From the human T2T-CHM13v2.0 reference genome, Homo sapiens: DNA of 64,000 nucleotides. The notes under the pieces were generated by a model. That model worked only from the letters and a program-made list of their open reading frames with translations, was not told where the DNA came from and did not search any database. Position 1 is the stretch's first letter, and each line of letters opens with the position of its first letter. The DNA lies in assembly GCF_009914755.1 (NCBI RefSeq), contig NC_060938.1; one strand, written 5' to 3'. Positions 28,431 to 40,790 of this stretch are shown piece by piece. A program made the translations under genes and the position numbers.

Positions 28431-28571
28431 AGCATGCTCAGTGCCGCCGTGGGCGAGCCCGAGCGCCCTGGCCCGGGGCAAAGAGCAGCGGCTAGGGGCT
28501 GGGGGCTGGGGGCCGGGACCCGCGACCCGCCCCAGGCCTCGGAGCGCGGAGGTGGCAGAGGAAGGGAAAGG

Positions 28572-28588
28572 CCAATGTAGGGGCGGGG
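28572..28588. promoter_or_regulatory. Adjacent CCAAT (NF-Y) and GC box (Sp/KLF) motifs
   Basis: 'ggccaatgtaggggcggggg'. Confidence 0.65.
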
Positions 28589-28859
28589 GCCCTGAGCCAA
28601 AGACCCGGGAGAAACCGATCTGGGTGCAAGAGCCGGTGCGACTTTCACGGCTTGTGGGAAGTTTGTGGGCTAGAAAGGTGGGCTGCTTCTGTGAGCTTCT
28701 CTGTGAGACTATATTCGAAAGGACAACCAGGAAACATTTTTTTTTTTCTCTAGGAAAAAACGAATAGACCCAGCCGATGGGTTTTTATCCTGTGCGCTCC
28801 TTCCTTTATTCTTACGATAGCAAACTCAAAGATCTAATGGGGCCTGACAGGCACTGTAA

Positions 28860-29085
28860 CTGGGGGAAGGCGAACTGGAGAGAGCTCCGAAGGCAGGGCC
28901 GCTTATCTGCTCTCAGGGTCCCTTGCTATCGGGCAAGAATTAGACCTAGTGTTGCTAGATTTTCTGATTTTTCCAGAAATGACGGAGTATATTCATGTAC
29001 AATATCCTGATTTGTAAAATCTTGATAACAAATTCAATTTTCTCAAAACACCCTGGACTAAACAAAACATATCTGCGTCCCCTCC
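28860..29085 (-). mobile_element. hAT-Charlie relic (MER102-like), same family as 130-950
   Basis: 'ggcgaactggagag', 'agtgttgctagattttctgattttt', 'aaacaaaacatatctgcg'. Confidence 0.55.
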
Positions 29086-29376
29086 CTGCTGAACCCCCCA
29101 GACAGTGATTTGAGCATTGTGATTCTGCACTCTTTTAGCGAAGTGGTGCTGAGTGCTCACTGTGGTTTGGGAAAGTGCTGGAAAGGATCCAAGATGATTC
29201 AGAATATCTTCGAAGTACTACTAGTTACTAGGGGAAATGGGTTTTCCTGACAGTAGAGCGCTACACTTAAATGCTGGAGCGTTCAAGAAGAAAGACGTTA
29301 CTAATGTAGAAAGCGGTTGTAAGAACTAACTTTTGGGAAACATCATTAGTAAAAGTATCTGTGTGGGGAGTCACTG

Positions 29377-29599
29377 CAGGGCCGATAACAGTGCCCCGGA
29401 AGGCACTTTTGAGCCTGAAGCAATAGGAAAAACCCCTAAACTTACCCTGTCTTTATTTAAAATTTTGTTATTTTTCATCATGCATTTTTGATATTAATTT
29501 TGATTTTTTTAAATATTCCATTAAAATATTAACCTTGATTACTGAATTCTTTGGTGAACCTTTAAGTGCTGTGACTCACCTCACCCTAGCCTGGCCCTG
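29377..29599. mobile_element. hAT (Tip100-type) MITE with CAGGGCC...GGCCCTG termini
   Basis: Terminal inverted repeats cagggcc / ggccctg, AT-rich interior and 'cctcaccctagcctggccctg' end. Subfamily is uncertain. Confidence 0.6.
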
Positions 29600-30034
29600 T
29601 TGGGGTGTTAGATGGTGGTACACAGACCTGCTTGTTTGGAGTGCAAGGGGTAAGCATTAGCATAGTGAAATAGGAAAGAGGGTTTGAGCTGTGGATGGGG
29701 GCTCAGGCAGAAGTCCTGACTGTCAGTCTGTGGCTCCTGCACTTAGTTTGTAGACTACGTGGAGATAGCAGAGATGCTGGGGGAGGAGACAATCCGAACT
29801 GAATTCTGTGAAGATGGACAGGGCAGCAGACCCAGGAAGATGGTTTGGAGGGGAAGAATGGGAGAAACGGGGATACCTAGGATATCATAAAACTGATACC
29901 CTAGGTATCCCCATTTGGTAGCTACAGTTTTATGAAAATCAGAGAAAATTGCCTGAAAAAGTAAGTTTCTTTTGCTCTGCCTATCTCTGTAGAGACATGT
30001 CATGGGGCTACCTTAGTGCCAATGAGTAGTGTGC

Positions 30035-30215
30035 CGGGGTCCTGGTCTTAACCTCAGCCATTTCCCTACCAGGCTTCCATGGGCAAGTGGCTCAACCTCT
30101 AAGCTTCACTTTCCTCATCTGTGGAAGGGAAAACAATTCTCATGGCGTTTTTGTGAGAATCCAAAGAAATGTATGTCTAAGGGCTTTGAAAATGTTGAGA
30201 GTTCTTACCTACAAG
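30035..30215 (+). mobile_element. MIR
   Basis: 'atgggcaagtggctcaacctctaagcttcactttcctcatctgt'. Confidence 0.7.
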
Positions 30216-31758
30216 TCATCTATGTAAAATTTGAATTGAAATAAGGGCCTTTTTGCTTGACAAAAGCTCTAAGTAGCAAGCTTCTTTAATTTAGCAAGCC
30301 TTTCTAATGTGTTGGGATGATATTTACAAAACTTTGGAATCAGCTTTTGGGTAACTCAATAATTTTGTGAAGTAAGATACTACTGTACTAGCTTCTATTG
30401 CCAGTCATCTCCCTCTACTACCTTCCTTTTTTATCTTCACTTGCCTCTTTTTGTTCTCAATATTGCAGATCTAGTCAAGAGGACTCTCTCCCTCTGTACA
30501 AAGTGTTCTCTAACTCATGTACCGGTCATCACGGTAGTGTCTGCCTCAAACACCTGGGACCTACCTTAGTGTGGGAGGTGATTCTCCCTGCAGGTAACCT
30601 AATTTGTTGCTGCATTCATGGAGAACAAACCACTGCTTATCTATGGGAAGCATTTTAAGCATGCAGACCTCTCAAAGAAAACAAAAACAAAAACAAAAAC
30701 AAAAAAGACCGTGGATGTTTAAACAAGAAGCCTTCCAGAAGTCATGTAAAGGAGGAAGTACCTAGCCCAGGATCTGTCACATAACAAGTAGTTACAAATA
30801 TTTGCAGAATAAATAGCAATTTCCATCGTCAAAGTCTTCTGCATCTGTTTCACCTCCCACAGTGCCTAGGATTTTTTTTTTTTTTTAATCACAATAATGG
30901 TAAGGTCATAAAGAAGAACAAGAAGAACAGGAACTAAACATTTATGCAGGGAGAGGTTCTGTACTTTAACAAGTGAAATGCTTTGCTTACATTTTAAATT
31001 GTATTTTTAATTCTTGTTAGCAAATAATACATGGTATTTAAAAAAAGTTCAGTGCACAAAAGCTCAGTACAAGGAAAAGCAAGTTTCCCTTCTCAAGAAA
31101 GACTAATGTTGCCTGTTTCTTGCATATAGTTATAGAAATACCCTATGCACGTGAGAGCAAGCATAGTCATTTTCTTTTCCATAAAATCTAATCACAAAAT
31201 GATAGAACTGAAAAAGACCTTATGGTTCATCTAGATGTTAAGTTAGAGGCTTTTAAATTGCTATTCTGGGAAAGAAAAGGAAAACCTAAAAGCGATCTTC
31301 CCTGTTTCATAAGTAAGCTCATGATTGTAAGGATGCCAGATCACGTGGCAAAACCCTCCATGTGAACATTAATCACATTAAGTGATACAAGGGAAAACTG
31401 AGTTCACCTAAAGTTGCCCTGAAACCCATAATGCCCACTGTCGACCTCAACCTAAAACACCCATGGATATAGATGTCTTAGGTTCCCTACGGCTGTTGAA
31501 GGAAGTGCTGTCTAAATAACAAATGGAATAAATTGACATGGACACAGAGGGCTTGATCTGGAATTGGGTATTATAATGTGACTATTTTGAACAGCATCTC
31601 TTATGCATCATCAATCACAGTATGTCTTCAAGACTAGTAAAGTCTATATTTAAAATTTTTTTTTCTGCTACATGGTGTAGCAAGTAGCTTTTCAAATTCT
31701 TCATTCTGATGATGTAATTTCAGATAAGACATTTAGGAAGTCATCAGCTTATTAACTT

Positions 31759-31836
31759 TTGGGTTGAACCATATGAAACTGCCATTTTTGTTGGTCATAG
31801 TTTCTAAAATATTGGAAATTTCAAATGTTCCATCTT
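31759..31836. mobile_element. MADE2 (mariner-derived ~80-bp MITE)
   Basis: 'ggttgaaccatatgaaactgcc...aatttcaaatgttccatct' is an imperfect palindrome matching the recalled MADE2 consensus. Confidence 0.75.
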
Positions 31837-33522
31837 CATTATATTCCTCAAAGTTAGTCCTTGTTCTAGAGCTGTAAGAGGACTTCCTTTAAGTTTTTTA
31901 GAATATCACATTTTCCTGCAAGAGCTATGTCACTAAGCTAGTTCCAAAAAACCTATTTAATGTTTGTGGTTTGTAATGGTACCAGATTCACATCTGGTCC
32001 TAGGAACTGAGCCTATTCTGTTCAACAGGGTCAAGAAAAAGAAATAAATTTCTCTTCCTCTTTTGAGGGGTATAGCACCGGCCTTTCTGGGCCTTGAAAT
32101 AGGTGAAAATAATAATTATTTTCCTTTCTGCTCTTTTTGCACCTTACTTCTCCAATATTCTCCTGAAATCCTTTTTCCTGTACCTATTGTCCTCATTCTG
32201 TCTGGCCTTTTTCTATCTCAATCAGCTTGTCTTTGCTCTTTATTCTTAACAATCAGCATTCATTTAGTATGCTGCAAGTTGGAACTAAGTAAAATAACTT
32301 GATTAAATGAATTCACAGTCGTGTGCAAGACTATCTGCCGTTCCAAAGACATATGCAATTTTAAGAGTATCTTGTAGTTGCAAATGAACATTTCCATAAG
32401 AAAATTTTGGAGTTTGAAAAATGACTAGAGAAAGAATCCTGGTAGTGAGGGGCAGAAATAATATATTGAGGAGCAGGAACATTTGGTTCAGTTCCCCATT
32501 TTTATACATTTTGTAATTTCTTCTCACCCTTTTACTTTAAAAATATGGATTCTTTTAAAGTTTAGGATTTCATTTTGACTTTCACAATGGCTGTCTTGCC
32601 AGTAGCAGTGAGCACCTCCAGACTAGGGAGAGGTCTGCGCCTACTGTATGTATGTGCCATTTGTAAATTGGGAATGAAATGTGTCGCTTCTGGTAACATC
32701 GGTATGATGGGATCTGGGAGACCTTCGGAATTCAGATGGGCTTATGGAGCTTATATTTGGGACCCTATTCTGTTTCCTATACAATTACCCTTGGTCTGTG
32801 GTTTTATCCTTTAAGGGTTCTAGCTGTCTATAACTGGAGTCCACCTTCTTTTTTGACTGAGGTGACATGGTCCACATTTTATCTCTAATTTACTAAACAT
32901 ATAGTTCCTTCTCTGCTCTGCTTTTAAGAGTCAAGATAAATATTGACTGCTGATATCAAATTTGGTGAGCTTTGGCCCACTATCATTCACTATAAGATGG
33001 AACATTTCTGAGATATGTGGCAAACTGTGGTTCTCATTTCTTCCTTCTCACCTTTATCGGTTTTCCACTGTTCTCCAAGCTTCTTTCCAGTTTTCTAATT
33101 ATATTACTTTATTCCTGAAACTGCATCAGCTTTCATATGCCAGTGTTTATAAGTAAGACATAGATTAGAAGGAGAGATAGTTCTTTGGAAAAAAACAAAA
33201 GAAAGCAGTTTTTTCTTGCAAAAGATGTGGTTACATCCTGAACTTGGTTGCTCTGTAATCATTTTATATTTCTTAGCAACACCCTTTCAATCAGATTATT
33301 AGTTCCTTGAGTGCCGAGAACAAGTCTTAAGGATCTTTGATTACCTCACCAAACACCTAGCACAGAGGAAAGAGACAATCAACAAATAACAGTTACAACT
33401 TGTTATCATTCAGGTGAGTCACTGGGGACAGGAGACAAATAGTTCATTTTAGAGATAAGGAATCTGATATTTAGAACACACATATAAATGTAAAATTGCA
33501 TCTGTGATAAGTTACACAATCA

Positions 33523-33848
<326 letters not shown>

Positions 33849-34176
33849 GTGTGTAGTAGAAACAGTGAACAGAACAAAGGAAAAGAAGACTGTTTTGAAG
33901 AAATGATTAAGCTAAGGTCTGCAGGATAAATCTGAAGTAGTTAAATAGGCAAAAAAAAAAAAAAAAGCAAAGAGAATTTCAGGCAGAGAAAATAGCATAT
34001 ACAAAGGCACTATGGTGGGAGGATGTATGTAAAGGTTGGAAGGAATCTTAAAGGTCTTTAAGTTTGACCTGTTGCCAATCCCACAGACTTTTCTATGTAA
34101 CCCAACATCTAATAAGGACAGCTGCCACAAAAAGCAAACTGTCCTCAGCAAGAGACACCAAGAAATCTGGTATTAG

Positions 34177-34411
34177 GAGGCACCATGCCGTGGTAAAAAG
34201 TGTATGGATTTTATATTGGACAAATGTGGGTTTGAAATTCTGTTCCAACTCCTTGCTTTATGATCTTCTACAACTTTTCTGTCAGCTGTCTTATCTCTAA
34301 AATAGGCATATTAAGATCTATTTATAGTTGTAATTGGAGGATTAAAAGGGAGCACATATGTAATATGCTTAGAACAGTATCTGGCCCACGGCAAATGCTG
34401 AATAAATATTG
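34177..34411 (+). mobile_element. MIR
   Basis: 'gggtttgaaattctg...gaggattaaa...gcttagaacagtatctggcccacggcaaatgctgaataaat'. Confidence 0.75.
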
Positions 34412-35394
34412 CACTTTCATCCCATGACCACTCATCTTGGTAACTTCAAGAAAAATGGAAGGGGGAAACCCAGAGTGTGTTTTGAATTTCCAGTCTGAGC
34501 TGTTTCTTAGAAGCCTTGCCTTTGCCACAGGCAATCCTATTTTACTCTACAGATGGAATATAGCATTTCTTTTTTCACACACAGAAAATGTTATATACAT
34601 AGAAAGTGCTTTTAAAAAATTTCTACCTTCTCTTGTCCAGATGTCCTAGTGTTTCCACCTATTACTGTATTTCCAAATACAAGCTCAAAAAGAGTAGACT
34701 AATAGTTTAGAGATTTCATTATTTACGTTTATGAAGTTATGACTCAAGATGTGACTAGTTCTGGATTGTGGTCATAAATAGTTACATATGGCTCTTCTTC
34801 CCTTATTTCTAGAATTGCTTGAATTAGAAGTGTTACAGAATAATATCCAGCAGAAAAATAAAAACATACAAAGGCTGTTTTAACCACCCTCTGCAGCAGC
34901 AAGGCCTCTATCTTAATGCAGACATGGTTTGTTGTATTAAGTTTGGAGTTTAGTAGACTGAACCATCCTAATTACTGCTTCCTTTATTTCAGCAATATTT
35001 TTGAAAGACCTATTTTTGGGTTAAAATTACTCTGTCTCCACCAAGAGCCAGAAGAACTGCTAGACTTTGAGCTAACAAAGAATCCCTTATTCTGCTAGGA
35101 CACAAGTGAGTCAGTGACCACACAGAGTTTCTGTGCTGTTGGTTTGGAGATGATGGAACGATGCAGTCCACCTGCAGTCTGAGATGGAGAGGTCTTCTAT
35201 ATTACAAATGCAGGGCAGCTCCTTCTCTTCTGTTTATTAGGGTCCCTGACCCCTGCCAAAAGTCTAACAATGAGAGAAGCACTGCTGCTCTGTCCTCAGA
35301 AGCTTTCCAGGCCCCATGGACCTGCACAGCCAGATGTGTGGCCCTATAATTTCCCACTGCATCTGCCCCATCTTGGAAACATAAGGCCTAGAAT

Positions 35395-35558
35395 GTTGTT
35401 ATTCAAAGTGCACTTCTTGGACTGGCAGCTTCAGCATCATCCTGGGAGCTTGTAGAAATGCAGACTCTCCCGCCTAGCCCAGACCTGGTAGATCAGAATC
35501 TGCACTTTAACAAGATCTCCAGGTAATTCATTTACATATTAAAGTTTAAGAAGCACTG
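35395..35558. mobile_element. MER5A/B MITE
   Basis: 'cagcatcatcctgggagcttgtagaaatgcaga...ttaacaagatctccaggtaattc...aagtttaagaagcactg'. Confidence 0.85.
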
Positions 35559-36535
35559 CCCTCGCTAGGATACCCAGCCAGAAAGACTGGAGAAAAACAA
35601 AAAGCACTTCAAAAATGAAATCAATTTTCTTTGCCCTGATGCCCTTTCTTACTCCAATTTCCAGGCCCCATCTCTGTGTAGCTAAATCCTCCCCTTTTTT
35701 TGAGCTGCCTGAAATGCCTCTTCTGCGGAAATCTTCACTGATAGAGTCAGCCGGAGGCATCTCCCACTCATTTACCTGTATATTTTTCCTTTGGTTCTTA
35801 CCATGGTTTGCTTCTTACACTGTACAAGTATCTATTTATGGGTCTAATCTGTCTTGCTTGAGGCCTTGCTGGAACCTTCTTTATACTCTCTACAGTGTCT
35901 AGCAGGGCAGTCCCAGAAAAACAAACAAACAAACAAACAAAAACTTATTTATTTATTGAAAGGAAGGAAAGAAGAGAGGAGAGAAAGAGCTCAATTAGTG
36001 TAGTAAATAGCTCTAGAAAATTGAGTTCAGCCCTGGGGGTGGACTTGAGCCTGTTTGATACAGGAACCCAGGAACCATGTTATATCCATCCCAGAAGAGC
36101 CCCCATTAACTGTGGGCATGGAACTATCCCAGTTTTGCAGGAGCTACTGGCCTGGATCAGATCCGAATTCACCTCATCACAACACTCCCCAACCAGACCT
36201 GGCCAAAATCAGCCTACCCTCTCTTTCTGGAAGTAGAATAAAACTTCTGTTTGCTAGGGCCTTGACCTCTGGCTTTAAGCATGCTGTGGACTCTCAAAGG
36301 ATTACCCTCTTTCCCTACTTTTTGTCTCATGTCTATTCCCACCTAAGAGTTAATATATTAGTTTATTTCTTTAAAAAACGTATTTTGGGAAAGCTTTTTC
36401 AGTTTCTGGCATCTTTTGTTTATAAAGAAACCTTTTTGAAAAATATTTAGTTTTTATAATTCAAGTTTTGTAATGCCTCATTGAGTAAAGGCAATGAGTT
36501 TCTGGCTGCAACTTACAAGTTAAAAGAACAAGTCA

Positions 36536-36855
<320 letters not shown>

Positions 36856-37539
36856 GAACAAGTCATTTCATCACTTTTAATTGATAGCAGACTCAATTAA
36901 AAACTTTGATCTAGATTAGACATACGGTGCCATATTTACGATAAATCTATCTTCCCAACAGATATCCCAGTGTCACTATAATTTTATCACACATAAAGTA
37001 TAATGGGCAATGCTCCTAGGACTTACAAGAACTTAGACTTCACTAGTGTTGATACAGTTGCAATTCATACAATTAGTATGACCCACATGGACAGATTTGT
37101 GGCAGGACCTGCAGTTCACATAGAGTAGGCATATTTTCTTTGATAAGCGTTTAAAAAGTATGACCAGTTTATCCGAGATGAGTCATTTGGGGGTAATGTA
37201 ATTTTTTATACTTTCGAAGAAAAATTGGTGATCTTCATCTTATGTGAAAAAAATATTCAGAAGCTGTGATCCTGTGAGTCTCACCTCTGTAAGTTTTCCT
37301 CAAGGAGATACTTAAAAAAAAAAGAAACAGCTCTATTATAACAAAGTTATAACAGCAAAAATGGGTAACAAGAAAATGGAGAAATAAGTACATTTTATCA
37401 TATTTATTTGATGGAATATTATGTATCTTTTATAGATAGTAAATGGGATAACTTACTAGAGCATTTATAAAACCAGCTCAACTGAAAATATTCAGAACAT
37501 AAAATCATATAAAAGTATTATTGCAACGAATCACATACC

Positions 37540-39070
37540 TAATATTAAAAATTTCTCTAGGTCAGGCACTGTGCTAAACACTGGGGATACAGCATGAAAA
37601 ACATGAATATGATTCCCAACATAGACCTCACAGTCTGATGCAGGAGAAAGATATTAAGCAAGTAAACATATAGTTACAACCCATAACTCATGCTGTGAAG
37701 TAAGAGTATATTAATATATAACAGGGGGACCTAAGCTGGTTGCAGTGTGGTGGGGGCTGTTCATCAAGGCACCCTCTGAGGAGGTGATGGAAGAATCACA
37801 GTTAACCAAGAAGGGACTAGTGGAAGACTGTCCTAGGTGGAAACACTAGGAACAGAAACCCCAAAGTGGGAAAGGGTCAATGCTACCTCTTTTACAGGAG
37901 GGTTTGATATTTCCTCTTTTACAGGAGAAAAAGAAGGACCAGACTGATTGGAACATAATGAGTAAGAGAAGAAAGGTAAAACTGAGGGACCAGGTCATGC
38001 AGTGCCTTCAGGATTTATCTTTCTAACCTGCAGGGAAGCCACTGAAGCTTTTCAAGCAGAAGAGTGGCAGGGATGCATTTACATCATAAAACCACTCTTG
38101 TGCTATATGGTTAAATGGATTGAAACAAATGAAGAGTAGAAAAAGGGATGCTGGGCATGATGGCTTATGCCTGTCATTCCAGCACTTTGGGAGGCCGAGG
38201 CAGGAGGATTACTTGAGCCCAGGCATTCAAGACCAGCCTAGGCAACATAGTGAGACGTCATTGCTACAAAAAATAAAAATAAAAAATTAGCCAGGTGTGG
38301 TGGCCCCTGCCTGTAGTCCTCAGCTACTCAAGAGGCTGAGGCAGAAGGATTGCTTGAGCCCAGGATGTTGAGGCTAGAGTGAGCCATAATTGCACCACTG
38401 CACTCCAGCCTGACTCAGAAAAAGTAGATGAAGGGTGGTTTACTGCTTGGATTGCAGTAATCCAAGCAAGAGAGATGACTGTGGTTTAGACTAGATATGA
38501 AACTGTTAAATGAAGAAAAGTAGTCAGATTAAGCTATATTCTAGAGGTAGGAAAAACAAATTTTACTAATGGATTGGGAATAGGGATGAAAACATTAACT
38601 ATAGTCTTCATATTACTTCCTTAATCCACTGGATAGATGATGATGCCATTCATTTATTTTTTATGCTTGAAAATTTAGGAAGGAAACTGAAAAATCCATT
38701 TTGGACAAGAAGTTGAGATCTTGTCAGAAAGCTAAATGGAAGGGTCAAATAGATAGTTTAAAATACATGTGTGGAACTCAGAAAATAGATGTTTGGAAAT
38801 TATATATTTGTGAGCAATTAGAATTTAGATGGTATTTAGTGCTATAGTATAGAATGATTGTAGAATGACTAGGAAAAAAGCCCATGTTTAGCCACAAGGA
38901 ACTATACAGAATTAGAAGGTCTTGATGAGGAGGTAGAGCTGTCAAAGGTGACTTGCACATTGGAAAAGTGTTGAGTAATTCTAGAGCAAGGAAAATCGTA
39001 TTTCAAGATGGAAGGTGTGGTCAACTGTGTTGAATACTGTTGAGAGGTCAGGCAAGATGATGTGCTTCTA
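37540..39070 (-). mobile_element. L2 LINE, interrupted by an AluJ
   Basis: 'gtcaggcactgtgctaaacactggggatacag', 'gggaagccactgaagcttttcaagcag', 'gtggtcaactgtgttgaatactgttgagaggtca'. Confidence 0.8.
38150..38423 (+). mobile_element. AluJ (3' end eroded)
   Basis: J-type dimer 'ggcaacatagtgagac', 'gcccaggatgttgaggct'. Confidence 0.9.
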
Positions 39071-39296
39071 TGGATAAGAAACAGTTGTTTTATTAAAGTG
39101 GTGGTTTTAAAAGTATTTTTATAAGTTTAAACTTTAATCATATCTGATTCATTTAATAGCTCAATTTCATCAGGATATATTTATTTGATCACCAAATTCT
39201 TTGTGATAATTATTACTTTTGCATCTCTTTATTTTCATTTTATATATTAGTTAACTCTCTTCAATTTAGGATTAAATCTTTGAAAGTTTTAAACCT

Positions 39297-39424
39297 AGCC
39301 GGACATGGTGGCTCATACCTGTAATCCCAGCACTTTGGAAGGCTGAGGCAGGAGGATCACTTGAGAAGTTAGGTTAGAGATCAGCCTGGGCAAAAAAAAA
39401 AAAACAAAAAAACTTAAAAAAAAA
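39297..39424 (+). mobile_element. Truncated Alu left monomer (FLAM/AluJ-like) with A-tail
   Basis: ~95 nt of Alu followed by an A-rich tail. TSD AAAGTTTTAAACCT on both sides. Confidence 0.85.
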
Positions 39425-39705
39425 GTTTTAAACCTGCCCAGCTGTCCAGCCTAGTAACACACTTTCTAAATGCACAAAGTCCCTATTTTTGCAATAGGCA
39501 GCATATAGAATATACAGTTTGCTACATGTACAAGAATTTGAATAATCTATAACAAATGATCTATTTCTTTTATTATTTATTGAATTTCACCAAAAGTGCT
39601 CCTTTCCCTAAAAATGATAAAAACTACCTTATTCAGATAAATTCTGATCTCAGTTTGACAGATATGCATTAGGCAAAGATGACTGAAAGTATCAGAATAA
39701 GATGG

Positions 39706-39711
39706 TTTTTT

Positions 39712-39756
<45 letters not shown>

Positions 39757-39790
39757 TTTCTTTCTTCTTTCTTTCTTTTTCTTTTTTTTT
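39706..39790. repeat. (TTTC)n microsatellite
   Basis: Directly visible. Confidence 0.95.
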
Positions 39791-40790
39791 CATTCTGATA
39801 TTCTGACATTCAGGAACTGAAGAAAGGACTTGAGATGATTTGGCCAGGAAGGACAGGAACTGTTGTTTTCCCAGCTTGGGGAGTGGGAAGGGTGGGATAG
39901 GGGAAACTCTCTAACCCTTCACCTCCAACCTGCCACTTATACCTTGACTATTCACTTTTTTCAACATGACTCAGAGTGTCACCACCCTGTGGTACTCATG
40001 AATAAAGAAAAAGAAAGAGGAAGGAGCCCTCAAAAGGACTGGCCTTAACAAAATTGGCAAGACTGCATTCACTTTCCCTAACTCTGCACCTTAGGTTTTA
40101 ATTATGTTGTTATAAAGCATTCTCTCCTCATGCACAAATTCTTCTTGGCAAGAAATCAAATTTATGCAGATTATCTTCTGTATAACTACAACTGTGTTAT
40201 GTTTACCAGAATCAGCCCAAAGTCACTGCTGTGATGAATGTCTCATGAAACAAAATAGATCTCCTTGTTACTCATTTCATTTTTTTCTCTTTTCTCTTAT
40301 CTGTGTCACTGGGCATATTCAAATAGGTGTCAAGAAAATATGTTATCCTTTCCCTTTGTGTAATGTATGATGCAATATAACCTATATGCCACTGGGGATA
40401 AAGGAGTAAATGGGAATATCGGTGACCCCTGGCAACTGGATGGAGGAGAGTGAGCAGACGTGTATTTAAAGGCTTTGCCTGGCTGGTGCCAGTATGCCAG
40501 AGGAAGAGTACTCAGGGACGGTTGATTGCATTTTTTCCAGTGACATTCTTAATTTTCACCTGGAAAGAATTAAATATGGTCATGTTTAACTTATGTTTCT
40601 TTCTTTCAGCTACAACAGGAGCCCTTCAAGGTCACAAAGGAAAAATCCCGCTCTATGACCACCATCTCATTTACCTTAAACTAGCTACTCTTTGGGAGAA
40701 TGATTCAACTGATTTTGACTGTTCTCAGGGGTAGACTTGTGAAGTTGTCCAGTGATGTTGAGAACATATACTTTTCATCCTATCAAAAGC

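Larger units (their letters stand above)
27440..28720. promoter_or_regulatory. CpG island / promoter
   Basis: Abrupt, very GC-rich and CpG-dense stretch in an otherwise CpG-depleted window. Contains a NotI site (28418-28425), CCAAT (28572-28576) and GC box GGGGCGGGG (28580-28588). Confidence 0.95.

Noticed and set aside
27592-28767. Cluster of long overlapping ORFs (279, 243, 225, 138 aa) in all frames
   Set aside because: They result from stop-codon scarcity in a CpG island. The translations are low-complexity Ala/Arg/Gly/Pro, mostly with non-ATG starts, and match no recognisable domain.
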